Origin: an uncultured Clostridia bacterium
Lineage (GTDB): Bacteria; Bacillota; Clostridia; Saccharofermentanales; Saccharofermentanaceae
Assembly: GCA_947303185.1 (NCBI GenBank)
Contig: CAMYXF010000002.1
Span: 55,747-119,746, forward strand
Direction of reading: 5' to 3'
Length of the DNA: 64,000 bases
Each line of letters starts with the position of its first letter. Within the stretch, counting starts at the first letter, position 1. Made by a program: the position numbers and the translations under genes. Shown one piece after another: positions 9,051 through 18,900 of this stretch. Under the pieces are notes generated by a model that saw only the letters and a list, made by a program, of their open reading frames with translations, had not been told where the DNA came from and did not search any database.

Positions 9051-10250
9051 TTATGCTCTCTTATAATTCTCTACAACTTTCGTTACTGCATGGATAACAT
9101 CTTCAACGTCACTGTCAGTAAGTCTCGGATATAACGGAATACTCATTATTCCCTTATATACTTCTTCCGCATTAGGACAAAGACCCATTTCATAACCGCG
9201 ATGCTGATAATATGGGAACCAATAAACAGGAACATAATGGATCTGACACTGAACATTCTCAGCAGACATTGCATCAAAGAACTGTCTTCTTGTGCAGGTA
9301 AGTTTATCCAGATCCAGACGGATAACATAAATATGTCTGCATGTATCAGACTCAGGAATCTCTTTCTGAATGATTATGCCTTCCAGATCCTTAAAAGCTT
9401 CATCATATCTTTTGGCGATCTCTTTACGTCTGGCAGCAAACATATCGAGTTTATTAAGCTGACTTAAAAGCAGAGATGCCTGGAAATCTGTCATACGGTA
9501 GTTAAAACCGAGACTGATCTGCTCGTAATACCATATACCTTCATGAGGAGCGCCTTCCATCATGCTCTCATCATGAGTAATACCGTGCGTATGAGCAAGG
9601 ACAAGCTTCTTATACAGTTCATCATCATTGGTAGTAATGGCGCCGCCCTCACCACCTGTAATCGTCTTTACAGGATGGAAAGAGAATGTGGACATGTCAG
9701 CCAGAGAACCGACCTGCTTACCCTTATACTTGGTTGCCAATGAATGAGCAGCATCCTCAATGAATATGAGATTATACTCGTCACAGATCTTGCGGATCTC
9801 ATCATACTTAACAGCCTGGCCGGTATAATCAACCGCAATAATTGCTTTTGTCTTATCTGTGATCTTTGAACGGATGCTGTCAGGATCGATATTATAGGTT
9901 TCAGGATCAATATCAGCAAATACGGGTGTACCGCCGCAATAAATAACACAGTTTGCCGAAGCAGCGAATGTCAGAGGTGTAGTGATGACTTCATCACCGG
10001 GGCCGATTCCTGCAGCTATACAGGAACAATGCAAAGCACCTGTACCGTTACTTACAACAACAGCATGTTTTGCACCTACATATTCAGCCAGTTTTTTCTC
10101 GAACTCGGCAACTCTCGGACCGCATGTCAGATACGGCGAATAAAGAGTGTCGACTACTGCTTTTACATCATCATCATCGATCCACTGACGGCCGTAAAAA
10201 ATCTTTTCCTGTCTTACCGGTGTACCACCATTTATAGCTAATTTTTCCAT
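9051..10250 (-). CDS. pseC: UDP-4-amino-4,6-dideoxy-N-acetyl-beta-L-altrosamine transaminase (DegT family)
   Basis: 'YGRQWIDDDDV', 'LTCGP', 'EDAAHSL', 'FSFHPVKTITGGEGG', 'GFNYRMTD'; typical PseC signature. Confidence 0.88.
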   Translation of the reverse strand: MEKLAINGGTPVRQEKIFYGRQWIDDDDVKAVVDTLYSPYLTCGPRVAEFEKKLAEYVGAKHAVVVSNGTGALHCSCIAAGIGPGDEVITTPLTFAASANCVIYCGGTPVFADIDPETYNIDPDSIRSKITDKTKAIIAVDYTGQAVKYDEIRKICDEYNLIFIEDAAHSLATKYKGKQVGSLADMSTFSFHPVKTITGGEGGAITTNDDELYKKLVLAHTHGITHDESMMEGAPHEGIWYYEQISLGFNYRMTDFQASLLLSQLNKLDMFAARRKEIAKRYDEAFKDLEGIIIQKEIPESDTCRHIYVIRLDLDKLTCTRRQFFDAMSAENVQCQIHYVPVYWFPYYQHRGYEMGLCPNAEEVYKGIMSIPLYPRLTDSDVEDVIHAVTKVVENYKRA

Positions 10251-10297
10251 ACACTTACCTTCAATTGCTTATATTTCAAAGATTTTTAATTATTATA

Positions 10298-11692
10298 TCA
10301 GAATATCTCACGCCTTTTAATTATTTTAATTAATATATATACGCCAAGAACGGCACCTAAAGCCCATCTTAAGAGCCATAAATCTCTGGTAAACCAATAC
10401 AAGACGCATGTCAGACAAACGACAAGGAACCCAGGAACAAACTGAACGATCCTGAACGGGAACTCCCCCGGATTGATCCTTTTGGCACATATAAAATGGA
10501 AACCGAATTGCAGTCCGTGAGCAATGGCAGTAGCAATAACAGCTCCCAAAATGCCCCATTTACTAATAAACACATAATTCAGAACAATGTTGCATACAGC
10601 AGCCAGAGTGGTTCCTACTGCAATAGTCTTCGTCTTCTTATGGTAGAACTCATAATTTACAGGGAAACTGTAAAGAAAAACAAAATAGAAACCTATCGCA
10701 AACAACGGAATAAGGTCTGTTCCCTCCCAGAAACTCTCTTTGGCGTAAAAATGGAATACTTCTTTTGCCAATAAGATGAAGCCCATCGTTAGTATCGTAT
10801 ACAACTCAATATAATTCCTGGCATGTGTTTTGATGTTATCCGTCTGCTTGAGTTTTGTATATTCATAATAGAAAGGCACCCAGCTGTTATTCAAAGCACT
10901 CCAGATTGAGCTTAATACTGCACCGAACGTACAAGCCAGTGAATATATACCTGCAGCAGAATTATCAATAAGCCACTGGATCATAATCCTGTCACTCTGA
11001 TTCAAAACTATTCCTGCAAGAAGATGAAATATCGTAGGAATCGCAATGGGAAGAGTGAATTGCCAATAAGTCTTATCGTAAACTGCCTTGCCGCTCTTAA
11101 AAATGTACAAAAACAATACAAGACCAATGATTGTATATACAGCTGACTGGCCGACCAATCGTCCCCAGTAATTTGTTTCTTCGGGAAGCATACTGATCAG
11201 GAATATTGATAAACCGACAGTCAGTACGGCTACAGTAACAGAAAGGATAAAATTCTTATCAGCTTTGAATTCATACGTAAACTTTGAATTCATAAATGTG
11301 ACTACATAAAGTCCCCATCCGTGAGCAAGACCAATAAGGACCATCGGAATGCTAATACTGAACCAATTCGAAAAAACAAAAGCTCCGGCAACTGTTACAA
11401 CGGAAAAAAGCAGATATGCTATCGTCGAAAGCCAAAGTACACTTGATTGAAATCTCGACTGTTCTTCTTTGCGGTAATTAACTATCGCCAATGCAACGGT
11501 TCCGCCTGCCTGCAAAGAAAAAACGGTAGAAGCGATCTGAACCCATGTAAGATAAACAGAAGCTATACCATAATTACTTGTGCCAAGCATATGTGAAAAT
11601 ACAGGTCCTGTAAAAAAGGTCAGTCCCTGCAAGACTATCGTGCTGGCGATATTAAAAATGGCTACCTTGTTTCTGCTTTTATCCACGACCAA
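10298..11692 (-). CDS. Wzx oligosaccharide flippase (module C)
   Basis: About 12-14 TM segments; 'LNQSDRIMI...AGIYSLA'. Confidence 0.85.
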   Translation of the reverse strand: MVVDKSRNKVAIFNIASTIVLQGLTFFTGPVFSHMLGTSNYGIASVYLTWVQIASTVFSLQAGGTVALAIVNYRKEEQSRFQSSVLWLSTIAYLLFSVVTVAGAFVFSNWFSISIPMVLIGLAHGWGLYVVTFMNSKFTYEFKADKNFILSVTVAVLTVGLSIFLISMLPEETNYWGRLVGQSAVYTIIGLVLFLYIFKSGKAVYDKTYWQFTLPIAIPTIFHLLAGIVLNQSDRIMIQWLIDNSAAGIYSLACTFGAVLSSIWSALNNSWVPFYYEYTKLKQTDNIKTHARNYIELYTILTMGFILLAKEVFHFYAKESFWEGTDLIPLFAIGFYFVFLYSFPVNYEFYHKKTKTIAVGTTLAAVCNIVLNYVFISKWGILGAVIATAIAHGLQFGFHFICAKRINPGEFPFRIVQFVPGFLVVCLTCVLYWFTRDLWLLRWALGAVLGVYILIKIIKRREIF

Positions 11693-11704
11693 TTACCATA
11701 ACAA

Positions 11705-12781
11705 TCAATTAATGATGTTCTTCAATTTACTCAAAGTATCATTTAACTCAGCTTCTGATCCGGGCATATAAAACCTTTTGCTTTCATATAGAGCAGCAAC
11801 TCTGTCAAATACATAATCCGATTCATTAAGTTCTTTACTGTTAATTCTGTCCAGACAAACAACAACAGGTTCCTGATTCAGAATAAGCTTAGGATTTACT
11901 ATTGCCGAAGTACATGTTGATACAAAGGCACAACCATCAAGATCCATATTTACAGCCAAGATTTCAAAAGGAATATATGAATAAACAGACTTTATGTTTT
12001 CAGAATATTTATCCTTGGGAGATCTCGGATGCAGCTTTACGATTACTTTTTCCGATCCAACTGCTTCAACTACTTTATTCAGCAGTTCCAGCTGATACTT
12101 TTCTGATTCAAGATCTTCATCATAGCAACTTTCAAGAAAAACAACCTTGTTTGAATATACTAGTGTTTCTTCAACATTGAAGCCGAAGACATTATTCAAC
12201 AAAGCCAGTAAATCCTTATCATCGTAAAATTTCGGAATAGCTTTAACAGAAATATTATCCCAGGAACTTTTTACTACACTTGGCTCATAAACATAGAGTT
12301 CCCTGCAGTCTTCCGGATAATATGAATGAAAGAAGAAATGGGAAAACGTCTTTTTGGATTTACTCTTTTCAGTTAAGGAATAGTATTCGCAGATTCCTTC
12401 TTCATATAATGAGATCCTTACTGAAGGATTCAACCGTTTGGCAGCATAATAGATCTCATAATTCCTAAGGCTGACACCTGAAGCAAAGATACATTCGTAA
12501 GATTTCAGATCACTGGGCATCATTCCGGGGATCTTTTTAACATCCATGGCGTTCTTTATTCTGACCATCATTCTTTTAAATGAATTCTGTCTTCCGGTTA
12601 TATCAGGCAGCAATTCATAAGAATACACATTTTTAAAGACCTTACTGCTTTCAACAGCACTCTTGTACTTATCAAGATTTGAAAGGATATAAGCATCACA
12701 TTCAACATCTTTGAAAACCGTTTTACTTAAAACGATAGCATTCAATAACTGTGATGAAGTCATTATCAGAAATAAATACAT
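11705..12781 (-). CDS. Putative nonulosonate (sialyl/pseudaminyl)-transferase
   Basis: Contains 'YEEG' (D/E-D/E-G) and 'KLHPR' (HP) motifs of bacterial GT-B sialyltransferases, plus 'IPFE...STCTSA'; just upstream of the flippase and pse genes. Confidence 0.65.
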   Translation of the reverse strand: MYLFLIMTSSQLLNAIVLSKTVFKDVECDAYILSNLDKYKSAVESSKVFKNVYSYELLPDITGRQNSFKRMMVRIKNAMDVKKIPGMMPSDLKSYECIFASGVSLRNYEIYYAAKRLNPSVRISLYEEGICEYYSLTEKSKSKKTFSHFFFHSYYPEDCRELYVYEPSVVKSSWDNISVKAIPKFYDDKDLLALLNNVFGFNVEETLVYSNKVVFLESCYDEDLESEKYQLELLNKVVEAVGSEKVIVKLHPRSPKDKYSENIKSVYSYIPFEILAVNMDLDGCAFVSTCTSAIVNPKLILNQEPVVVCLDRINSKELNESDYVFDRVAALYESKRFYMPGSEAELNDTLSKLKNIIN

Positions 12782-12787
12782 AAACGA

Positions 12788-13291
12788 TTATTTCTTCCCC
12801 CTCATCATTTCATCAACAAGTTCTTCGAACCTGCCACAAAACATCTCGTTATTGCTGGCGAGTCCATTCTTCATCCCATTAACGATCGAATCATAGTTAT
12901 CAATCGTATCTCCGAGTTTAGTAACATCTTCGACAACGATGATATTCCCCTGTCTTTCTGCTACTGCACGCGCAAAATCAAGCTGATGGTTATTGACATG
13001 CTCATCATGATCTTTCATACGGGGTACGACGACCGGCACCTTGCCAATCTGAAGAGGCATGATAAAGCTTGAAGGACCACCATGAGTAATAACAATTCGT
13101 GCTTTATCAACAAGCTCAACCATCGTCTTATAAGGATATAGTTTGCTGAACTTGGCACTTTTGGGCTCATAAGTCGAAAAACCGGACTGGATAACAACCT
13201 CCTCGTCATGCGTTGAGGCCCATTCGTCCATATAGCTAACAAGTCTGTTGAACTGCTGCTCATGTGTGCCGACTGTTACAAATATCATCAC
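12788..13291 (-). CDS. Glycosyltransferase subunit, CpsG/PssE (Alg13-like)
   Basis: 'IFVTVGTHEQQFNRL', 'ITHGGPSS', 'EHVNNHQ'. Confidence 0.9.
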   Translation of the reverse strand: MMIFVTVGTHEQQFNRLVSYMDEWASTHDEEVVIQSGFSTYEPKSAKFSKLYPYKTMVELVDKARIVITHGGPSSFIMPLQIGKVPVVVPRMKDHDEHVNNHQLDFARAVAERQGNIIVVEDVTKLGDTIDNYDSIVNGMKNGLASNNEMFCGRFEELVDEMMRGKK

Positions 13292-13301
13292 TTATCCCCA
13301 A

Positions 13302-13751
13302 TCAGAATATCGAACCTAAATTAACGGCCTTCTTATAGACCTTTTTCATCTCATCCCACTGTACGATAAACAGATCCGTGACAGGATAACAGAGTTTTCC
13401 TGATATCGTGGATTTATCAATACGGTCAAAGACTTCAATATATACGGTCTTTGCTCCCATCATCTTGCCGATCCAAAAGAAAGGTATGGCAGGAGCAGCA
13501 CCGGAAGAAACAATAACATCCGGTCTTTCCTTCTTAAGTATTTTTATTGCACGGTGAGTATTGATGAAAAAAGCCTTTATACTTCTGTTGCTTGGAAAAT
13601 AAACCGGATACATCGTCTCACCTTCAAGCAAAGATCTGGCATCTTCTTTATCAAAAGTACACCAGAAGCGTTCCTTGCCTTCCCAGAACGGCTTTAACAT
13701 ATATAAGTGAGTAAGGTGACCACCGGATGAACCAACTAAACAGACTTTCAT
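13302..13751 (-). CDS. Glycosyltransferase subunit, CpsF/PssD (Alg14-like)
   Basis: 'MKVCLVGSSGGHLTHLYMLKPFW', 'YIEVFDRID', 'FIVQW'. Confidence 0.92.
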   Translation of the reverse strand: MKVCLVGSSGGHLTHLYMLKPFWEGKERFWCTFDKEDARSLLEGETMYPVYFPSNRSIKAFFINTHRAIKILKKERPDVIVSSGAAPAIPFFWIGKMMGAKTVYIEVFDRIDKSTISGKLCYPVTDLFIVQWDEMKKVYKKAVNLGSIF

Positions 13752-15197
13752 TTACATTGCACCCTTATGCGTAAAAATCACCTTGATAGTCTTAAACAGG
13801 ATCTTTAAGTCCAAAAGCAGGCTCCAGTTAACGATGTAAGATGTATCAAGTTTAACTACTTCCTCAAAATCAGTAATCTCGCTTCTGCCATTTACCTGCC
13901 ACATACCTGTTACACCAGGCTTAACGGACATTCTTGCCCTATGATGGAAACGATACTTCTCATATTCATCAATCGTAGGCGGTCTGGTACCGACAGTAGA
14001 CATTGAACCGCCAAGAACATTAAAGAACTGCGGAAATTCATCAAGGCTGGTCTTTCTTATGAACTCACCTATACCCGTCTTCTTGGTGCCGTCAGGAAGG
14101 ATCTCATTACCGATTATTCTGGGATCAAAGTCCAGCTTGAACATCATACCGTCTTTGACACGGTTCTCATCCATAAGCTCTTTCTTACGCTCTTCAGCAT
14201 CCATATACATCGAACGTATCTTATACATCTTGAATCTCTTACCATTCTTACCGATTCTTTCCTGGGCAAACAAGATCGGTCCTGGAGACTTAGACTTAAT
14301 GATCGGTCCTACGATTGCAATAATCAGCAAAGCAGCAATGCTTCCGAAGATTCCTGCAAAGATATCAAAGACGCGCTTTATAAAAAGCTGAAAAGGCGAA
14401 GCAAAACTGATCGACGTGGTAAGAACCGTAGTTCCGCCGAGCTGCTCCGAAAAACGCTTGATCTCATCGTGCCTGAAGTTCTTAACATGGTAATGAGTAG
14501 GAATTGCCATCAGAGTGCACTTATCCATCAGCTCAACGACTTTCTTATCAGCGATGGAAGCATCTATATAAACAGAATCGACCCACTCACGGACTATATA
14601 ATCAGCAGCGCTGTCCAAATTGGCTACAACCGGAACACCATTTACACTGTCAATCTTCGAATCATCCGTAAGAATAACGCCTGTTATCTTATAATTTGCC
14701 GTCTTGTCCTTTGAAAGCTTATCAAGAATAGATTCAGCTTCATCAGAAGATGTGACAACAAGCATGTTATTCTGCTTCTCAAACTTAATTCCTAACTTGG
14801 ATACAACGATCTTGCATATAATTCGCACCAGATAACCGAACAAGAAATGGAAAATGAACGTCAGGAACAAAATAATACGCGAATAAGCATCACCACTCTG
14901 CGTAGCAAACATATATATTGTTGTAATGGCAAAAACCAGAATGCTGTGCTTGAAACTATCTACGATTTCAATGTAATATCCCCTATTCAAGACATCATGC
15001 ATCGAATCGTTAAAGACCAGAACAATTAAATCAACCAATATCAGATTGATACCCATGGTCTTATAAAGAGGATAAGCATACGCAAAAATACTATGACGGA
15101 TATACACTGAAACAATATATACGACCTGCAGGCAGATCATATCAAGCAGCATAAACCCTATATTTTTAGCCCAACCCTGGACATTGCGTTTATACAA
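13752..15197 (-). CDS. Priming sugar-1-phosphate transferase (CpsE/WcaJ-like)
   Basis: N-terminal TMs; 'KRVFDI', 'KIRSM', 'DPRI', 'RKTSLDEFPQFFNVLGGSMSTVGTRP', 'KPGVTGMWQV'. Confidence 0.92.
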   Translation of the reverse strand: MYKRNVQGWAKNIGFMLLDMICLQVVYIVSVYIRHSIFAYAYPLYKTMGINLILVDLIVLVFNDSMHDVLNRGYYIEIVDSFKHSILVFAITTIYMFATQSGDAYSRIILFLTFIFHFLFGYLVRIICKIVVSKLGIKFEKQNNMLVVTSSDEAESILDKLSKDKTANYKITGVILTDDSKIDSVNGVPVVANLDSAADYIVREWVDSVYIDASIADKKVVELMDKCTLMAIPTHYHVKNFRHDEIKRFSEQLGGTTVLTTSISFASPFQLFIKRVFDIFAGIFGSIAALLIIAIVGPIIKSKSPGPILFAQERIGKNGKRFKMYKIRSMYMDAEERKKELMDENRVKDGMMFKLDFDPRIIGNEILPDGTKKTGIGEFIRKTSLDEFPQFFNVLGGSMSTVGTRPPTIDEYEKYRFHHRARMSVKPGVTGMWQVNGRSEITDFEEVVKLDTSYIVNWSLLLDLKILFKTIKVIFTHKGAM

Positions 15198-15276
15198 GGC
15201 ACCTTCTCCTCAAATCAAACTTAATCATATAATTATATAATATTTTAATTATATATAGGGATTTTTTGATTATTTA

Positions 15277-15306
15277 GAAACAAAAGAGTCCGCCAATAGG
15301 CGGACT
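15277..15306 (-). terminator. Intrinsic terminator between acyltransferase and cpsE-like gene
   Basis: 8-bp perfect stem (plus AGTCCGCC-AATA-GGCGGACT, 15287-15306), followed on the minus strand by CTTTTGTTTC. Confidence 0.7.
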
Positions 15307-15353
15307 ACAAAACTCACTACAATAAATCAGATGACTTATACTTGATCAAAATA

Positions 15354-16382
15354 TTAAACTGTACTTTTATTAAAACAACATTTCTTAAAAATATTCAATG
15401 GATAATCAAATATTTTTACTGACATAAGAACAACAGATAAGATTATAGCTATAAATAAGTACGCAACTTTTCCCAAAGCAGATATAGCGAATAAACGATT
15501 AACACCAATAAAATCAACCAAAAACACGTAAATAGGCCAATGCCAAAAATAGACATTCAAAGTTCGTGAGCCTAAATTCGACAGAACAGGGACTCTGCAA
15601 TTAGGGGTAATAACTAAAATACTAAAACCAGTAAGTATCGTGATTAAATAGCATAAAAGTCTATAAAGAGGTCCATAGACAACTATTATGTCAGAGAATG
15701 GATTTCGACCTGTAAAAAGAGGTCGTAAGAAATACACATCATCTAATCTAAAGAAGCATAAATAAATCCATAATGAAAAGATAGTGATCGATATTGGCAA
15801 TAAAAATTTATAATGCTTTTTGATAAAAAGAATAACACTTTGCTGATTAATAGCTGTTCCTAATAAAAAATAAGGCAAAAACACGAAAATCCTTGAGATA
15901 TACAAAAAATCACCAATTGTCTTATCATACCCAATAAAACAAGCTAGTAGTAAGCTGAAAGCGATAAGAAACTTCTTATTAATGCCCTTAAATATATACA
16001 TCAAAAGTTGATAGGTTGCTATCGCAAACATAAACCACGGAATACCGGCATCACTCAAAAAAGAAAAATCTATGGAATTATTGATTATAAGATTCACAAT
16101 TGAAATACAAATCTTACATGCAAAACCACAACAAGCATAAAACACAATCTTTTTTCTACAATTTTCCTCATTATAAAAAAGCCCAGATATAAAAATGAAT
16201 ACAGGCATATGAAAAGAATATATAAAAAGGAAAATACTTTTACTTACCGACGATGCTGATGTAAATGGATCAACAAAATGACCTATGACCATTAATATGA
16301 TCATGAAAAACTTTATGTTATCCCATAGAGCTGTTCGCGGACTAGTATAACTCGTCAATAAACTATTATCGTGAATACTCAT
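15354..16382 (-). CDS. Acyltransferase family 3 (membrane O-acyltransferase)
   Basis: 'WDNIKFFMIILMVIGH', 'IYSFHMPVFIFISG', multi-TM; very AT-rich. Confidence 0.85.
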   Translation of the reverse strand: MSIHDNSLLTSYTSPRTALWDNIKFFMIILMVIGHFVDPFTSASSVSKSIFLFIYSFHMPVFIFISGLFYNEENCRKKIVFYACCGFACKICISIVNLIINNSIDFSFLSDAGIPWFMFAIATYQLLMYIFKGINKKFLIAFSLLLACFIGYDKTIGDFLYISRIFVFLPYFLLGTAINQQSVILFIKKHYKFLLPISITIFSLWIYLCFFRLDDVYFLRPLFTGRNPFSDIIVVYGPLYRLLCYLITILTGFSILVITPNCRVPVLSNLGSRTLNVYFWHWPIYVFLVDFIGVNRLFAISALGKVAYLFIAIILSVVLMSVKIFDYPLNIFKKCCFNKSTV

Positions 16383-16512
16383 ATAACTCTAGTCAAATAT
16401 TAAACTTATCGATAAATAGAAAAATTTAAAATGTTATATTACAAAACAACATATAAGGAAAATCTAATTCCTTCAAATGTTGAACTGAATACTCTCATAG
16501 AAAGAAAAAACA

Positions 16513-17397
16513 CTACTTAATTCTACCATCAGCAACTGCTTTAAGATGCTCACCATAAGGACTCTTGCCATAAGCTTTAGCAGATTCCATAAGTCTCTCT
16601 TTATCAATAAATCCATTTCTATAAGCAATCTCTTCTGGTGCTGATATGGTAACTCCCTGCCTAGTCTGTATCATCTCAATAAACATTCCTGCTTGTAAAA
16701 GGCTCTGCATAGTTCCAGTATCAAGCCATGCAAAACCGCGAGTCAAAATCTGAACATCAAGCAAATTGTCTTTAAGATACATTTCATTTAGAGATGTAAT
16801 TTCCAATTCACCACGAGCGGAAGGCTTAATTTGCTTTGCTCTTTCACTAACTCCGGCAGGATAGAAATACAATCCGGTTATAGCGTAGTTCGATTTAGGA
16901 ATATCAGGTTTTTCTTCAATACTTAAGACCGATCCAGACTCATCAAATTCAACTACACCGAATCGTTCAGGATCAGGTACGTAATATCCAAATACTGTAG
17001 CTCTTCCGTTCTCTTCAGCATTTTTTAATGCGTTTTTAAGAATAGGTCTGAAACCCATTCCATAAAAAATATTATCTCCAAGCACCATAGCACCAGCTTC
17101 ACCATTAAGAAACTCTTCACCTAGGATAAATGCCTGAGCAAGCCCGTCAGGACTAGGCTGAACTTTATATGAAAGATGTATGCCAAATTGGCTGCCATCA
17201 CCTAATAATGCTTCAAATCTTGGTGTATCTTCTGGTGTTGAAATAATAAGAATATCCCTTATACCAGCTAACATAAGCGTAGATAAAGGATAGTAAATCA
17301 TTGGCTTATCATAAACAGGCAACAATTGTTTAGAAGTTACTTTTGTCAACGGATATAAACGTGTTCCGGATCCTCCAGCCAATATTATTCCCTTCAT
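16513..17397 (-). CDS. rfbA: Glucose-1-phosphate thymidylyltransferase
   Basis: '[18 protein letters not shown]...[17 protein letters not shown]', 'SARGELEIT', 'WLDTGT'. Confidence 0.97.
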   Translation of the reverse strand: MKGIILAGGSGTRLYPLTKVTSKQLLPVYDKPMIYYPLSTLMLAGIRDILIISTPEDTPRFEALLGDGSQFGIHLSYKVQPSPDGLAQAFILGEEFLNGEAGAMVLGDNIFYGMGFRPILKNALKNAEENGRATVFGYYVPDPERFGVVEFDESGSVLSIEEKPDIPKSNYAITGLYFYPAGVSERAKQIKPSARGELEITSLNEMYLKDNLLDVQILTRGFAWLDTGTMQSLLQAGMFIEMIQTRQGVTISAPEEIAYRNGFIDKERLMESAKAYGKSPYGEHLKAVADGRIK

Positions 17398-17416
17398 ACC
17401 AAATCACCTCCTATTA

Positions 17417-17983
17417 TCACTTCCACTTAGTAGCCCAGGAAAAATCCTGTGCTTCAAAACTTTCATGCTTTTCGTCCTTCTCACTTGTCTTATAAGGAAC
17501 ATCAAGTTTAGGCCACTCTACTGCTATAGTCTCATCGTTCCATGGAATTCCACCTTCTGACGAAGGATCATAAACATCAGTACATTTATATTGAAACTCC
17601 GCCACATCTGTTAAAACAAGAAATCCATGCGCAAACCCTTCCGGGATATATAACATATTCTTCTTTTCAGAACTTAATATTACACCTGCCCACTGACCAT
17701 AGGAGTCAGAGCCAGGCCTAACATCAACTGCAACATCATATACTTCGCCCTTAGTGACACGAACGAGTTTACCTTGTGTGTGTTCCTTCTGAAAATGAAG
17801 TCCTCTGAGAACACCCTTGGTGCTTGAACTTTCATTGTCCTGGACAAACTCTTTATCTATTCCTGCGGCAACAAAATCACTTTTCTTAAATGTCTCCATG
17901 AAATATCCACGGCTATCACCAAATACCTGAGGCTGTATGACAATTACTCCAGGTAATTTTGTATTCTCGAATGTAAAAGCCAT
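17417..17983 (-). CDS. rfbC: dTDP-4-dehydrorhamnose 3,5-epimerase
   Basis: 'GDSRGYFME', 'FVQDNES', 'GVLRGLHFQ', 'PEGFAHGF'. Confidence 0.96.
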   Translation of the reverse strand: MAFTFENTKLPGVIVIQPQVFGDSRGYFMETFKKSDFVAAGIDKEFVQDNESSSTKGVLRGLHFQKEHTQGKLVRVTKGEVYDVAVDVRPGSDSYGQWAGVILSSEKKNMLYIPEGFAHGFLVLTDVAEFQYKCTDVYDPSSEGGIPWNDETIAVEWPKLDVPYKTSEKDEKHESFEAQDFSWATKWK

Positions 17984-18897
17984 TACAATTCTGCCTCCAC
18001 TAAGTATCTGCTAACTGCATCTTTCCAATCAGGCAAAGGAGTAAAACCAGATTCAACAAGCTTACTCTTGTCCAGTCTGCTATTTTGAGGTCTGGCAGCT
18101 TTGGAAAGACCATATTCTTCTGTAGAAACAGGTATGACCTTTGTATCAAGACCATACTGCTTATAGAATTCCACACAGAAATCATACCACGAAATGTATC
18201 CTCCCTCATTTGTCGCATGATAATAGCCAAATTTATCAGTCTCAATCATGTCAACAAGAAGACGTGCAAGATCAAAAGTATAAGTGGGTGTACCTATCTG
18301 ATCATTAACAACTCTGACAGTGTCGTGTGTCTTACCCACGTTTATCATGGTTTTAATGAAATTCATTCCATTTAAACCAAATACCCACGCAATTCTAACA
18401 ATGAAATATTTATCAAGAATAGATGAAACTGCTAATTCTCCATCTAATTTACTTTGTCCATAAACATTTAAGGGAGAATAACACTTGTCATCAGGTTCCC
18501 AAGGACGTTCACCTTGCCCGTCAAAGACATAATCTGTTGAAAGATATAGCATCTTACAATCAATTGATTTAGCTGCTTCTGCAATATACTGCGACCCAAG
18601 ATGATTGATTCGGTCAACCTTATCTTTGTTCTCATCTTCTTCAGCAGAATCAACGGCGGTCCAGGCAGCACAATGTATGATTGCGTCCGGCCGTATCTCT
18701 TCAATTACAGAAAGCACAGCATCTCTATCAGTAATATCAAGTACAACATATGGAACAGAAGTAACAGCACTTCCATCAGCAACTCCTGAATAAACAGGCT
18801 GAATATCAGAACCAAATACAGCATGGCCCCTGGACATTGCATTATTTGCAACATCATGGCCAAGCTGACCGCAAACGCCGGTGATAAACAGTTTCAT
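17983..18897 (-). CDS. rfbD: dTDP-4-dehydrorhamnose reductase
   Basis: 'GVCGQLG', 'HCAAWTAVD', 'STDYVFDG', 'YGQSK', 'DQIGTPT'. Confidence 0.95.
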   Translation of the reverse strand: MKLFITGVCGQLGHDVANNAMSRGHAVFGSDIQPVYSGVADGSAVTSVPYVVLDITDRDAVLSVIEEIRPDAIIHCAAWTAVDSAEEDENKDKVDRINHLGSQYIAEAAKSIDCKMLYLSTDYVFDGQGERPWEPDDKCYSPLNVYGQSKLDGELAVSSILDKYFIVRIAWVFGLNGMNFIKTMINVGKTHDTVRVVNDQIGTPTYTFDLARLLVDMIETDKFGYYHATNEGGYISWYDFCVEFYKQYGLDTKVIPVSTEEYGLSKAARPQNSRLDKSKLVESGFTPLPDWKDAVSRYLVEAEL

Positions 18898-18900
18898 ATA

